A stretch of DNA of 64,000 nt from Candidatus Poribacteria bacterium (GTDB lineage: Bacteria; Poribacteria; WGA-4E; WGA-3G), in contig OZ243938.1 in NCBI GenBank assembly GCA_965214095.1, positions 576,001 to 640,000 of the forward strand, written 5' to 3'. Positions 1 through 10,633 of this stretch are shown in pieces. The notes below the pieces were generated by a model. That model searched no databases. It worked only from the letters and a program-made list of their open reading frames with translations, and was not told where the DNA came from. Numbering within the stretch: the first letter of the stretch is position 1; every line of letters starts with the position of its first letter. Position numbers and translations under genes: made by a program.

Positions 1-792
1 AGAGGTAGGTAGTTGTTTGTACACCTCATGCCGTATTAACTCAGGTGTGTACCTACGAGAGAAGTGATTTAGGACGATATGATTGCTCTTAAATTGTTCC
101 AATAGCGAGGGAATCATATCCAGATGTAAATGCTTTGTTTTCTTAGCACGGTCACGGTGATCTGGCGTTATAAACGTACATTCACATATAAGAAGTTTAC
201 AGTGCTTAAGTAATGGATGTGCGTCAACGGAAAAACCGCGGGTATCACCCAAATAGGCAACCAATGGTAGTTGTACCTCGTTAGTTATTTCAACTCCTGA
301 ATGCTTGAGTGCCACGATTTCTCTATCCGATAAATTGTGGTATTCAGGCTTTAGTTTTTTACGAATTTCGCAAATCAGGTAGGAGACAGATGGCACACTA
401 TGGTTACCCGGTAAGATGTGGGCAACTAAATTCTGCCGAAACTGAATTGAACAACCAACATCAACCGGTGTGAGATGATAATTCCAACTTCTACCTCCAT
501 CTAACATTGAGATTCTGTTGAGAATATTATGTAATTGCTTGAACCCGTCTGATGGAACGAAAATATTTCCCGGTGGCATATCAGCAAGCCAACGTTGACT
601 AATATAAATCGGCAAACCAAAATAGTGGTCAAGATGAAAATGAGATATAAATACATGGTTCGTCCCAATAAAACGCATCGGACATCTACCTAAATCAAAT
701 ATTAGGTCTAACTCTTTTATTCTTATATAAGTTGCAACAGCAGAACTGGATTTGCCTTCAAGCGTCCAATTTCCACATTGTAACATAGGCAT
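1..792 (-). CDS. MBL-fold metallo-hydrolase, RNase Z (tRNase Z)-like; 3' end runs off the window
   Basis: Not in the ORF track. Manual translation from ATG 792 gives MPMLQCGNWTLEGKSS...FDLGRCP...VFISHFHLDHYFG (HxHxDH)...YLGDT...VECTF...HLHL...NHFSRRY, open to base 1. Confidence 0.8.
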   Translation of the reverse strand, partial: MPMLQCGNWTLEGKSSSAVATYIRIKELDLIFDLGRCPMRFIGTNHVFISHFHLDHYFGLPIYISQRWLADMPPGNIFVPSDGFKQLHNILNRISMLDGGRSWNYHLTPVDVGCSIQFRQNLVAHILPGNHSVPSVSYLICEIRKKLKPEYHNLSDREIVALKHSGVEITNEVQLPLVAYLGDTRGFSVDAHPLLKHCKLLICECTFITPDHRDRAKKTKHLHLDMIPSLLEQFKSNHIVLNHFSRRYTPELIRHEVYKQLPTS

Positions 793-811
793 AGTAAATT
801 ATTATTGCAAT

Positions 812-949
812 TATAGTCAAATGTAAAAATACATGCACACTCCGCGGTAGATGCGGTTTCCTAACCGCATCTATGAGACTGAACAAACACCGGTTCGGTT
901 AGGAAACCGAACCTACCGTAGTGTGTAAATAATTATGATTTTTACTATA
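812..949. mobile_element. MITE with IS630-like ends carrying two GTAG REP-like hairpins
   Basis: TATAGT...ACTATA ends. Internal GTAGATGCGGTTTCCTAACCGCATC and an inverted GTAGGTTCGGTTTCCTAACCGAACC. A related copy lies in reverse orientation at 56560-56769. Confidence 0.7.
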
Positions 950-978
950 AAATTGCTTCCTTTGGAGTATAGTTATTT

Positions 979-1842
979 ATGCAGGTTAAAATAGGTATAA
1001 TAGGTGGCAGCGGATTCTATCAGATTGAAGGTCTAACCGAAATAGAAACCATTGATATTGATACGCCATTTGGTAAACCGAGTGATACTTTTATATACGG
1101 TAAACTTGATGAACAAACTGTTGTTTTTTTACCGAGACACGGTGTCGGTCATCCACTCCTTCCTTCAGATATTAATGTTCGCGCTAATATATATGCCTTG
1201 AAAACACTTGGAGTAGAATTTGTCATCTCTGTCAGTGCAGTTGGGAGTCTAAAACAGGAAATTGAACCGCGTCATTTTGTTGTTCCTGATCAACTTTACG
1301 ACCACACAAAAAACCGAATATCAACCTTCTTCGGAGATGGAGTAGCTGCGCATATCAGTATGGCACACCCATTCTGTTCGCACCTAAGCACACTTCTATA
1401 CAGTACTGCAACAGAAGAAGGCGCAACTGTTCATAATGGTGGCACCTACTTATGTATGGAAGGACCCGGGTTCTCTACACAAGCCGAATCAAATGTCTAC
1501 AGACAATTAGGTTGTGACATCATTGGAATGACGGCTGCACCAGAAGCTAAACTTGCACGCGAAGCAGAAATGTGCTATGCCATCCTTGCCTGCTCAACAG
1601 ACTATGATTGTTGGCATCCTGAACATGATAACGTAACAACTGAGATGATCCTGGACAATCTTCGATCCAATGTGGAATTATCCAAACAAATTGTGAAAAA
1701 TCTGGTATCAAAAATATCAATTGAACAACGTGAATGTACTTGTGGCAACGCCCTTCAATATGCTATCGCTACACAACCCGATAAGATACCACTCACTAAA
1801 CGCCATCAGTTAAAACTATTGTTGGATAAGTACCTCGTGTAA
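979..1842 (+). CDS. mtnP: S-methyl-5'-thioadenosine phosphorylase
   Basis: IGIIGGSG, PRHG, SAVGSL, EGPGFST, IIGMT, TDYDCW motifs. Confidence 0.92.
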   Translation: MQVKIGIIGGSGFYQIEGLTEIETIDIDTPFGKPSDTFIYGKLDEQTVVFLPRHGVGHPLLPSDINVRANIYALKTLGVEFVISVSAVGSLKQEIEPRHFVVPDQLYDHTKNRISTFFGDGVAAHISMAHPFCSHLSTLLYSTATEEGATVHNGGTYLCMEGPGFSTQAESNVYRQLGCDIIGMTAAPEAKLAREAEMCYAILACSTDYDCWHPEHDNVTTEMILDNLRSNVELSKQIVKNLVSKISIEQRECTCGNALQYAIATQPDKIPLTKRHQLKLLLDKYLV

Positions 1843-3162
1843 TGTGTTGTAGATTGTATCTGCCTCCGCTTCAGTGAGAATAAGTGGTGGTGCGATATAG
1901 ATGATATTCTCTGGTTCATCAACGGCATGACCAATTTTGCCAACAATCACACCTTTTTTTCTTAATCGTGCTACAATACTATTGGTCACTTCAGTTTCAA
2001 GGTGCACACCGTTGTCTTTGATGAATTCCACAGCAAGCATCAATCCCTTACCACGAACATCACCAACAATTTGCAAATCCTTTAATGTCATTAGTTTTTC
2101 AAGAAGATAACTACCTACCTTTTCTGCATTTTCACTAAGTCGTTCAGATTGCAAGATTTTCAAATTCGCGACACCCGCGGCACATGCTACAGGGTGTCCA
2201 CCATAAGTACAAACCTGCGAAAACTCAAGATTATCATCTGGCTCCCCAAGAAATGTGTTGAAGACAGACGTTGACGTAACACATGCTCCAAGTGGAATAT
2301 AGCCACTTGTCAATCCCTTAGCCAAGGTGATGATGTCAGGTTGTACATCCCAATGCTCACAAGCAAACATTTTGCCAGTCCGTCCAAATCCCGTAATCAC
2401 TTCATCAAGAATAAGTAATAAACCGTAATCGTCACAGATTTTTCTCAATTTTGGAAAATAATCGTCGGGTGGAACAATCACTCCACCACCACCGATAATG
2501 GGTTCAGCAATAACAGCGACTACCGTTTCTGGTCCTTCTGACTGTATTATACGTTCAATATCATTGACACATTCAATATTACATGATGACGGCTCTAAAC
2601 CGAGTGGACACCGATAACAGTATGGTGGATGCGCGTGATGAAATCCAGGGGCTAACGGTTCAAATGCTTTCCGTCTACGGGCTTGTCCCGTTGCTGACAT
2701 CGCACCATAGGTAAATCCGTGGTACCCTCTATACCTGCTAATAATCTTGTACCGGTTTTCTCGGGGATAGGTTTGTCTGCCATACTGCCGTGCAATCTTT
2801 ATAGCGGTTTCATTTGCTTCCGACCCACTGTTACAGAAGTAGACATGGTTCAAATCACCTGGAAGACAATTTGCTAACTGTTCTGCTAACTCAGTTGCAG
2901 GAACATTTATCTGTGAGTGTGGATAGTAAGGAAGTTGCTGTATTTGTTCATAAACCGCATCTGCAATTTCTTGCCTCCCATAGCCTACGTTTACATTCCA
3001 CAAAGCAGAATATGCATCTAAATATTCCCGTCCATCAATATCTACAAGTGTAGTGCCGTGTGCTGATTTGAAAACTATCAGATCCGTCTCGTCAAGACGT
3101 TGGTGTTGAAACAGTGGATGCCAAACGTGGGATTTGTCTGTTTCTCTATAATTTGATTCCAT
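1816..3162 (-). CDS. Class III PLP aminotransferase (omega-amino acid/taurine-type)
   Basis: [38 protein letters not shown]. Start placed at ATG 3162 (MESNY), just after the argS stop. Confidence 0.88.
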   Translation of the reverse strand: MESNYRETDKSHVWHPLFQHQRLDETDLIVFKSAHGTTLVDIDGREYLDAYSALWNVNVGYGRQEIADAVYEQIQQLPYYPHSQINVPATELAEQLANCLPGDLNHVYFCNSGSEANETAIKIARQYGRQTYPRENRYKIISRYRGYHGFTYGAMSATGQARRRKAFEPLAPGFHHAHPPYCYRCPLGLEPSSCNIECVNDIERIIQSEGPETVVAVIAEPIIGGGGVIVPPDDYFPKLRKICDDYGLLLILDEVITGFGRTGKMFACEHWDVQPDIITLAKGLTSGYIPLGACVTSTSVFNTFLGEPDDNLEFSQVCTYGGHPVACAAGVANLKILQSERLSENAEKVGSYLLEKLMTLKDLQIVGDVRGKGLMLAVEFIKDNGVHLETEVTNSIVARLRKKGVIVGKIGHAVDEPENIIYIAPPLILTEAEADTIYNTLHEVLIQQ

Positions 3163-3184
3163 GACTAAAATTCTCCGTGATAAA

Positions 3185-4894
3185 CTACATAACTTCTGGG
3201 GCTGATATACCCAACAAGTCCAATCCATTTGCTAAAACCGTTTGTACACAACGAACAAGGGTAAGCCTTGCATTCGTCCGTTCCAAACTGTTTGCATCTA
3301 AAACACGATGTTGGTTATAGTAAGGATGAAACAGGCCTGCTAATTCATGAAGATAATGCGGAATACGGTGTGCTTCACGCTCCTCAGCACTGAAAAGAAC
3401 AATAGATGGAAAGTCTGCTAACTTCCGAATTATCTCATGTTCTGAGGGTTCAGAAAGCATCTGCAAGTTTATTTCTTCTATAGGTTTCAACTGTATCTCT
3501 TGTTCAGCTGCTTGTTGGAAAATACTACAACATCGCGCATGTGCATACTGGATATAAAATACAGGATTTTCATTCGCTTGTGTAACAGCTAATTCAAGAT
3601 TGAAATCAAGGTGTGTGTTGTTTGCACGCATAAGGAAAAAATAACGCGCAACATCAACCGCGAATTGTTCGCCAATAGCATCCGATAACTCGTCAATCAA
3701 AGCATCAAGGGTCAAAAATTGTCCTTGACGTTTAGACATATCCTTACGATTGCCTTCAGAATCAACCAGATTGACCTGTTGGATAATGTCTGCCTCTAAC
3801 CAATCATCCTCAAATCCGAGTGCTTTGACAAAGTTCTTTAATCGCATGACATGTCCTTGGTGGTCAGGACCCAGCAAATCTATAACTTTGTCAAATCCAC
3901 GCTCATATTTGTCACGATGATACGCTGCATCTGGAACAAAATAGGTGTATTCACCGTTTGAACGAATCACAACACAATCTTTTTCGTCTCCAAAATCTGT
4001 CATTCGAAACCAAGTTGCACCATCTGCCTCATATAGGTAATTCTTTTCACGAAAGAAGTCAATAATTTCGTCAGGCTTTCCACTCTCACGAATGACCTTT
4101 TCACTTGACCAAACATCAAAACTGACCCCAAACCGTTCCAATGATTCTTTTTGCTGTCCAAGTAGATATTCTATTCCCTTATCTCTGAATAATTCTATCC
4201 GTTCATTTGGTGCAAAATTGAGATATTTATCACCTTCGTCAGCAACGATAGATTCTGCAAATTCCTGTAAGTATTCACCTTGATATCCACCTTCAGGTAT
4301 TTCCAGATCGGTTTCACCCAGTGATTGTCGATAGCGTATGTCTATGGATTCTCCGAGCCTTTCCACTTGTCCACCTGCATCGTTCACGTAATATTCTCGG
4401 ATTGCGTCATAACCGATAGCATTTAATAAGTTGACAAGTGTATCACCTACAGCTGCTGCACGACCACTGACAATGTTTAATGGACCCGTTGGATTAGCAC
4501 TGACGAACTCAATTTGAATTCGCTTCCCTTTACCATTGTCTATTCTACCGTAATTGTCATTTTGTGATATTATTGCCCTGATCGTATCAAACAACCATTC
4601 ATGTGAAAGATAGACATTAATAAAACCCGGTCCCGCAATCTCAACCTTGCGAATACTCGGGTGTTCATTTTGATTGACATGCTTTACAATTGTATCTGCA
4701 ATTAACCGTGGTGCCATCTTTGCTTGTTTTGCCAACCCTAAAGCAATTGGCGTAGCAATATCCCCATGTTCAGGGGTCTTGGTTGGTGAAAACGGGATTT
4801 CAGGCACTTCAGATATTGGCAACTCTCCTGTCTCTATTGCAGCACGAATTGCAGATTCTAATATGTCGTAAATGTCTGATTTTATTTCATCCAT
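3185..4894 (-). CDS. argS: Arginine--tRNA ligase
   Basis: AGPGFIN, EFVSANPTGPL, DMSKRQG, NPVFYIQYAHAR, LLGISAPEVM. Confidence 0.95.
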   Translation of the reverse strand: MDEIKSDIYDILESAIRAAIETGELPISEVPEIPFSPTKTPEHGDIATPIALGLAKQAKMAPRLIADTIVKHVNQNEHPSIRKVEIAGPGFINVYLSHEWLFDTIRAIISQNDNYGRIDNGKGKRIQIEFVSANPTGPLNIVSGRAAAVGDTLVNLLNAIGYDAIREYYVNDAGGQVERLGESIDIRYRQSLGETDLEIPEGGYQGEYLQEFAESIVADEGDKYLNFAPNERIELFRDKGIEYLLGQQKESLERFGVSFDVWSSEKVIRESGKPDEIIDFFREKNYLYEADGATWFRMTDFGDEKDCVVIRSNGEYTYFVPDAAYHRDKYERGFDKVIDLLGPDHQGHVMRLKNFVKALGFEDDWLEADIIQQVNLVDSEGNRKDMSKRQGQFLTLDALIDELSDAIGEQFAVDVARYFFLMRANNTHLDFNLELAVTQANENPVFYIQYAHARCCSIFQQAAEQEIQLKPIEEINLQMLSEPSEHEIIRKLADFPSIVLFSAEEREAHRIPHYLHELAGLFHPYYNQHRVLDANSLERTNARLTLVRCVQTVLANGLDLLGISAPEVM

Positions 4895-4956
4895 ATTTAA
4901 AAACAGATACTTAATCTATAATTTCCTTTTATACGTCAAAATATTTCAATCAACGA

Positions 4957-4985
4957 ATTATAACACAATAGATGTGTCAAGTCAA
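4957..4985 (-). promoter_or_regulatory. Sigma70-type promoter of argS
   Basis: Minus strand TTGACT-17 nt-TATAAT with extended TG. Confidence 0.7.
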
Positions 4986-5078
4986 CTTTCATTGATTTTT
5001 TGCAGAGTTATTTAGTTTTAGGTATTTCTTGCGTTTTTTTCACAAATGCTAAATGCCCCTGATAACCATGTTATATTC

Positions 5079-5107
5079 TTGCGATAATTACACGGTTGTG
5101 CTAATAT
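5079..5107 (+). promoter_or_regulatory. Sigma70-type promoter of VOC gene
   Basis: TTGCGA-17 nt-TAATAT with extended TG. Confidence 0.5.
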
Positions 5108-5157
5108 CACTATACGGTTAAATAAACTACAAACATTATGAATTTAAGGAGTATTAA

Positions 5158-5580
5158 ATGGCAGTATTTTTACATACACGCGTTCGCGTCAGCGACCTTG
5201 ACAATTCAATAAAATGGTATTGTGATCATCTGGGTTTCAAAGTGTTGAGCCGGAGTGACAAATCACCCGCAGGCAATCAAATTGTTCATCTTGAACTTCC
5301 AGGAAATGCACACACATTAGAGTTAACCTATTCACCCGATTTTGACCTTCAGGTGCAGGAAGACCTGATGCACTTTGCAATTGGAGTCCCCGATATTGTC
5401 GAATTTTGCGACGGTTTGGAGAAGGCAGGATTAGAAATATGGCCCGATGAATGGCGTAAACAATTTACATCGGGTGGCATGAAGATGGCATTTATCACCG
5501 ATCCTGATGGATATGAAGTAGAACTTTTGGAACGTAAAGATACTTCAGGAGATCCGCTTGATGTCCTTGAAGAATCCTAA
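5158..5580 (+). CDS. VOC/glyoxalase family protein (lactoylglutathione lyase-like)
   Basis: HTRVRVSDL...LELTY...HFAIGV...FITDPDGYEVEL; AAGGAG RBS. Confidence 0.85.
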   Translation: MAVFLHTRVRVSDLDNSIKWYCDHLGFKVLSRSDKSPAGNQIVHLELPGNAHTLELTYSPDFDLQVQEDLMHFAIGVPDIVEFCDGLEKAGLEIWPDEWRKQFTSGGMKMAFITDPDGYEVELLERKDTSGDPLDVLEES

Positions 5581-5648
5581 ACGGATGTGTTGATTTTTGT
5601 TGTAGTAGGCGCGGTTTCAGATCGCGCCCTAAATACTATTTCAAAACT

Positions 5649-5808
5649 TTACCATTTTAGAATGAGACCTCTGTAGTCGCGCAATTCATTGCGCCTCTTA
5701 CATTTCTTATCAAAATAGAAGTCATTTAATGAGACCTCTGTAGTCGCGCAATTCATTGCGTCTCTTACATTTCTTATCAAAATAGAAGTCATTTGTGGAA
5801 ATGATATA
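5649..5808. repeat. MITE-like element (TACCATTT...AAATGRTA ends) with a tandem 67-bp duplication containing a GTAG REP-like hairpin
   Basis: Units 5661-5727 and 5728-5794 each contain GTAGTCGCGCAATTCATTGCG. The same hairpin and ends occur at 44799-44890. Confidence 0.7.
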
Positions 5809-5809
5809 A

Positions 5810-6625
5810 TTACACATAGGACCAGAATTGATCCCATGCAGTCATCCAATCTTCTGCGCGGCTTTCTGCAGTGACAGGTCCTGTTATCTCAATGCCATGT
5901 CGTCCTTTGAAGTCAGCAAGTTTGTCCACACTTGACACTTCAATCTTGATTGTTGTCGGTTTGTCCGGCACATAAGGTTTAATGTTCGTAAGATCTGAAA
6001 GTGCTTCCTTGGATGCCTTTTCAATCATCTCACGAGCGCGAACGGGTGGGATTTGTCTGGCACTGTATCGACTGAGTCCCTTTTTCACAGCAACTGTCGG
6101 TAAACCCTCACCAAGGAGTTCTTTGGCTTCTCTGCAAACCGCTGTGTCACCTGTAACCAATGCAATCGGTACACCATAGTGTCCGTTAAGTGCAGCGTTG
6201 ACACCGGTTTCACCGACAAGATCAGCGTTAAACCATAAGTTACGATATCGTACCGAAGAAATAGTATGACACAGGACACCATCGGGAGTGTTGTTACGGG
6301 CATGCATACCGATAAGCAAACAGGCATCACACCCATCTTTCCACATATCATCAAAACGTCCCCAACCGTGATGTGCAACCCATTCACAGTCTGGATCAAT
6401 CTTTTCTGGAATAAGCGAATTAAATGTCCACCCTTTTCCTGCCCCGTGGCAATCAACGACGACAATCTCCGTAGCACCCGCCGCTTTAGCACCGCGTACC
6501 GCAGCATTTATCTCTTCAGTGTAGAGAAGTCTACCCTCTTCAAACATAGCAGCACCACCCTCAACCTGGTCCCACACAACAATACCGCTGACACCCTCCA
6601 TGTCAGACATAATCAATACTCGCAC
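5810..6625 (-). CDS. M55 family D-aminopeptidase (DppA-like)
   Basis: SDMEGVSG (DxEG), VDCHG, HAR, VLCHT, GETGVNA, VTGD motifs. Confidence 0.88.
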   Translation of the reverse strand: MRVLIMSDMEGVSGIVVWDQVEGGAAMFEEGRLLYTEEINAAVRGAKAAGATEIVVVDCHGAGKGWTFNSLIPEKIDPDCEWVAHHGWGRFDDMWKDGCDACLLIGMHARNNTPDGVLCHTISSVRYRNLWFNADLVGETGVNAALNGHYGVPIALVTGDTAVCREAKELLGEGLPTVAVKKGLSRYSARQIPPVRAREMIEKASKEALSDLTNIKPYVPDKPTTIKIEVSSVDKLADFKGRHGIEITGPVTAESRAEDWMTAWDQFWSYV

Positions 6626-6756
6626 TTGTTATTTCCTCTCTTCTACAATACTATATTTGTTATTGAGTATAAATCAGTTAGTGATATAAAGCAAGCGTAA
6701 ATTGGAGAGATGCCACAGTGAAAAGGATTTATAATTGTTGGAAAACAAGGAAATGA

Positions 6757-8145
6757 ATGAATAATAAACGAGGTGATTTAACTCAAGGAAGTCTATTCAA
6801 ACATCTAATTCATCTTGCAGTCCCTTTAACATGTGGGTATATTCTACAGGATGCATTCAATATCGTTGACATGATTTTCGTAGGAAGATTGGGATCCGCA
6901 GCGATTGCAGCTGTAGGAGTAAGTGGGAATTTGCTCAGGTTAATTGGAGTTTTCTCACTCGGAATCTCAACTGGAGCCGGGATTATGGTAGCTCAATATC
7001 TCGGGGCAAGAAATCACGCACAAGCAGGACACTTAGCGATGCAGGCTATATTACTCGCTATTTTCTTTGCAATCGGTATCGGTATTGTTGGTTATCCTTT
7101 AGCTGAAATCGGTCTAAGAACTGTCCGTATAACTGATCCAGATGTGATAAAACTGGGCACAACCTATATCCAGATTATACTTGTCGGTATAAGCACGATG
7201 TTTTTATCAATGACACTCGGTTCTATCTTCCGAGCAGGTGGAGATGCCGTTACGCCAATGGTAGTGTTGGTGTTTGCTACGATAATTAACATCGGACTTG
7301 ACCCTATGCTGATTTTTGGGTTGTGGATTTTTCCCAAACTCGGTGTTGCGGGGTCTGCATTAGCAACCCTCATCGGAAGAGGAATCGGTGTAATCATTCT
7401 GCTTATTCTATGTTTCAGTGGAAAGGCACCAATCTCCTTAAAAAACGTGCCGTTCCGGGCAGATATTGTTGAAATGCTTGACATTTTAAGGTTAGGAATA
7501 TATAGTTCTATGCAAGGATTCTGGAGACATCTGTCTCGACTTGGATTCCTCTGGGTCATTGGACCTTATGGAAAAGTTGCTGTCGCTGCATATACGCTTT
7601 GCATGCGGCTACGGATTTTAGTGATGAACCCCGGTTTTGGTATAGCAAATGCTGTAGCACCTTTGGTAGGACAGAACATGGGAGCAGAACAGATTGACCG
7701 TGCTGAAAATTCTGCTAAAGTAGGAAATATTGTAGGCACTACGGTTATGTCAAGTATTGGCATTCTGTTTCTTGTATTTCCACAAATATTTATTCGTATT
7801 TTCACCGATGATGTAGAAGTAATTCAAATTGGAAAAGTCTACCTACAGTTTCTTTCACTAACATTCGGTTTCATTGCATTCTCATTAGTATTAGGAAAAG
7901 CCCTTAACGGTGCAGGGGACACTCTCTCACCAATGATAATCACCCTCGCAGCACAGATGGGTGTTGGATTGTGTCTTGTAATCATTTTATCACATTTCAT
8001 CGATCTGAAAGGTGTTTGGATTGGCATTGCTCTGTCAAATGTCGTACAAGGTGCAGCAATGTGGATTTGGTATAGAACTGGTAAATGGAAAAAAATAAAG
8101 ATTATTAAAAATGGTAGAGTTAATTCTCCCAGAAAGGTAGTATGA
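6757..8145 (+). CDS. MATE family efflux transporter
   Basis: NIVDMIFVGRLG, GD..TPM, NIGLDP, VGQNMGA; about 12 TM segments. Confidence 0.9.
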   Translation: MNNKRGDLTQGSLFKHLIHLAVPLTCGYILQDAFNIVDMIFVGRLGSAAIAAVGVSGNLLRLIGVFSLGISTGAGIMVAQYLGARNHAQAGHLAMQAILLAIFFAIGIGIVGYPLAEIGLRTVRITDPDVIKLGTTYIQIILVGISTMFLSMTLGSIFRAGGDAVTPMVVLVFATIINIGLDPMLIFGLWIFPKLGVAGSALATLIGRGIGVIILLILCFSGKAPISLKNVPFRADIVEMLDILRLGIYSSMQGFWRHLSRLGFLWVIGPYGKVAVAAYTLCMRLRILVMNPGFGIANAVAPLVGQNMGAEQIDRAENSAKVGNIVGTTVMSSIGILFLVFPQIFIRIFTDDVEVIQIGKVYLQFLSLTFGFIAFSLVLGKALNGAGDTLSPMIITLAAQMGVGLCLVIILSHFIDLKGVWIGIALSNVVQGAAMWIWYRTGKWKKIKIIKNGRVNSPRKVV

Positions 8146-8148
8146 AAA

Positions 8149-8982
8149 ATGGCATATAAAGGTTATATTAATCCTCATCTGGTCATATCAACAGAGGAAC
8201 TAAAAAGCAATCTTGATGACGACTCCTTATGTATTGTTGATACACGTCCAACGCATGAATACATACAGGGACATATCCCAGGGGCACTTCATCTGGATCT
8301 GTTTGGATTAAGCCTCATCAATACGCAGAAAGAAAATATGGATACATTCATGTGGATGATCGCATACTTATTCCAGCAACGTGGTCTTGATCCAGCAAAA
8401 ACTATAATCTGGTATGAAAACATCACAGGAACAAAAGCATCTCGTGGTTTATGGTTCTGTGAGTATTTAGGACATACAAATACTCGGGTATTGGATGGCG
8501 GCTATAATGCTTGGTTAGCAGCAGATGGTCCGGTCAGCACAGAAGGTGTTGAACCCCCTGAAATGCCACAATTCCCAATAGATGCAAAGCATGTTACACA
8601 CATGGACGCTGATAGCATACATGACAGGCTAAACCAAGATGATTTCATACCACTCGACACACGCACTGATGACGAACATTTTGGTAGGGTTGCTCGTGCT
8701 GAACGGGCAGGGGCAATACCGGGTTCTATTCATATTGAGTGGGTCAATAACCTTGATGAAAATGGCGCATTCAAACCTGCAGATGAACTACGAGATATGT
8801 ATGTAACAGCAGGAATCACACCAGAAAAACAGGTAATGTGCTACTGACAGGGCGGATACCGTTCTTCCCAAACCTATCTGGCTCTGCGACTTATCGGTTA
8901 TCCGAAGGTCAGCAACTATATTGGGTCTTGGAAAGAATGGGGTGACCGGCTGGATTTGCCGGTCGAAATTCCTGAAGAATAA
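8149..8982 (+). CDS. Tandem-domain rhodanese/sulfurtransferase, putative selenoprotein (UGA at 8845-8847)
   Basis: GHIPGA, VLDGG, GAIPGS. In-frame TGA at the catalytic position (MCY-U-QGGYRS), followed by 44 codons with the rhodanese signature [10 protein letters not shown] up to TAA 8982. Confidence 0.85.
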
Positions 8983-8984
8983 TC

Positions 8985-9890
8985 TATAGTAAACTTTAGA
9001 TTTTATGATACATGTTTATAACTTCATCAATGGTTCCATCTGCCTTGTATTCTCTAAGCCGTTTGATATTGGCAAAGTCATGTTCAATCGGATTGTAGTC
9101 AGGTGAATAAGGTGGTAAAAACAATACCTCTGCTCCCGATGCTTCTATCAACTCACGGGTGCGATGTGTCTTGTGTATCTTGGCATTATCAAGAACCACC
9201 ACGTCTGAGACAGACAACTTTGGACATAAATAGGTTTCAAGCCAAGCATTGAAACACGCAGCATCGCAGCTACCATCAAACAAACATGGTGCCGTAAAAG
9301 TTGAATCAATACGCGCAGCGACGAGCGTCGTTGTTCGTGTTCTAGTGCCTGAGATCAAATCTAAAATAGTTTCACCTTCGGAGCATAAGCATGCCGTCTA
9401 TAACTCTCAGCGCGAAAACCGCATTCATCAACATAAACTATCTTTTTCCCAGCGTCGTGTTTCTCGGCGAGTGCCTGAAGGTAGACTTGTCGTTTCTCGT
9501 CGCACCGCTCCTTGTATCCGAGTGTCTTTTTTTTCGCGTGATACCGAGTTTTCGCAGTCCATAACCGATACAAAACTCTGAAACACCGAAGTGTGCAGCA
9601 CGCTCTTTTTGTGTCAAGTCTGGGAAATCAGCGACATGTTTCCTGAGTGCCTCCTCATCAATCACTCTCATTTTTTTGGGTCCCGTTTTTCTAATGGCAA
9701 ACGGGTCGTCAGATGCTAACCATCTATCAATAGTTGAGCGTGCAACGGAAAACAGACGGGAAGCTTCAGATTTTTTCCCGCCAGCTTCAACAAAATCTAA
9801 AATGCGTTTTCGTAAATCTGGTGAATGTGCCATGGGAACATATTCTAACAAAAAACAAAAAATGTATCAATAATTCTAAATGTCACTATA
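8985..9890 (-). mobile_element. IS630-family insertion sequence
   Basis: Imperfect 29-bp TIRs (TATAGTAAACTTTAGATTTTATGATACAT / TATAGTGACATTTAGAATTATTGATACAT) with TA termini; encodes an HTH plus DDE transposase. Confidence 0.9.
8996..9833 (-). pseudogene. IS630 transposase split over three reading segments
   Basis: MAHSPDLRKR HTH; slippery A8G at 9526-9534 (typical programmed -1 shift); YVDECG; second break near 9375 (PK/GETILDLISG); VLDNA and PPYSPDYNPIE. Confidence 0.75.
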
Positions 9891-10622
9891 AATTATCTCA
9901 GCAAGACTTTGACATATTTCAGCAACTGATGCTGGACATTCGTGTGGCAAGTAATGTCCAGCATTCTGCAACCACACTATCTGAATATTTGCGTTAGGTG
10001 GGATACGCAATTTTTGCTCAGTGAGTTCATTCCTTCCCATCTCACCGAATACTTCATAAATAGGTAGTGATGCATTTTCAAGATAACTATAGCCATCAAA
10101 TTCTCTGACAGTTGTCCAGAATCTGTTCCACACATCAGTTTCAAACATGCTACGAGTCTCTTCCAATTTATGTTGTATATCAGTAATCTGATCTTCCGAA
10201 AGCGAACCGTAAAATCTTCCTGTGTCAAACGCACTTCCCGCGGATGAAAGACTTGTCCATCCTTCAAGTAAAACAAGTCCCGAAACCTGCGGACATCGTT
10301 GAGCAACTGAAATTGCAACCATACCGCCAAGGCTATGTCCTACAAGGACAACTCTTTGAGGGTTAATTGTGTCTATGAGGTGAATAATATCAACTGCAAG
10401 GTCATCTAATGTAAACGGTTCGGAGGGTACACTGCTTTTTCCATGTCCACGAAAATCAAGTGTTACGAATCTTTGAGTCAATGGCAATCTATCAATCACC
10501 GACATCCAATCTACCGAGTCACAACCCGTACCATGCAAGAACAGAAGAGTACATCCAGTTCCACCAGAATCAGCATAAACCATCTCTCCCCAACTTGTTA
10601 GGAGATATTTCCTGTTAGACAT
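9876..10622 (-). CDS. Alpha/beta hydrolase
   Basis: FLHG, DFRGHGKS, GHSLGG nucleophile elbow, AGHYLP. Confidence 0.88.
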   Translation of the reverse strand: MSNRKYLLTSWGEMVYADSGGTGCTLLFLHGTGCDSVDWMSVIDRLPLTQRFVTLDFRGHGKSSVPSEPFTLDDLAVDIIHLIDTINPQRVVLVGHSLGGMVAISVAQRCPQVSGLVLLEGWTSLSSAGSAFDTGRFYGSLSEDQITDIQHKLEETRSMFETDVWNRFWTTVREFDGYSYLENASLPIYEVFGEMGRNELTEQKLRIPPNANIQIVWLQNAGHYLPHECPASVAEICQSLAEIIYSDI

Positions 10623-10633
10623 AGTGATGTTAT

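Noticed and set aside
5661-5794. Two 67-bp repeats as a mini-CRISPR
   Set aside because: The whole unit is duplicated with no unique spacer; it is a tandem duplication in a MITE.
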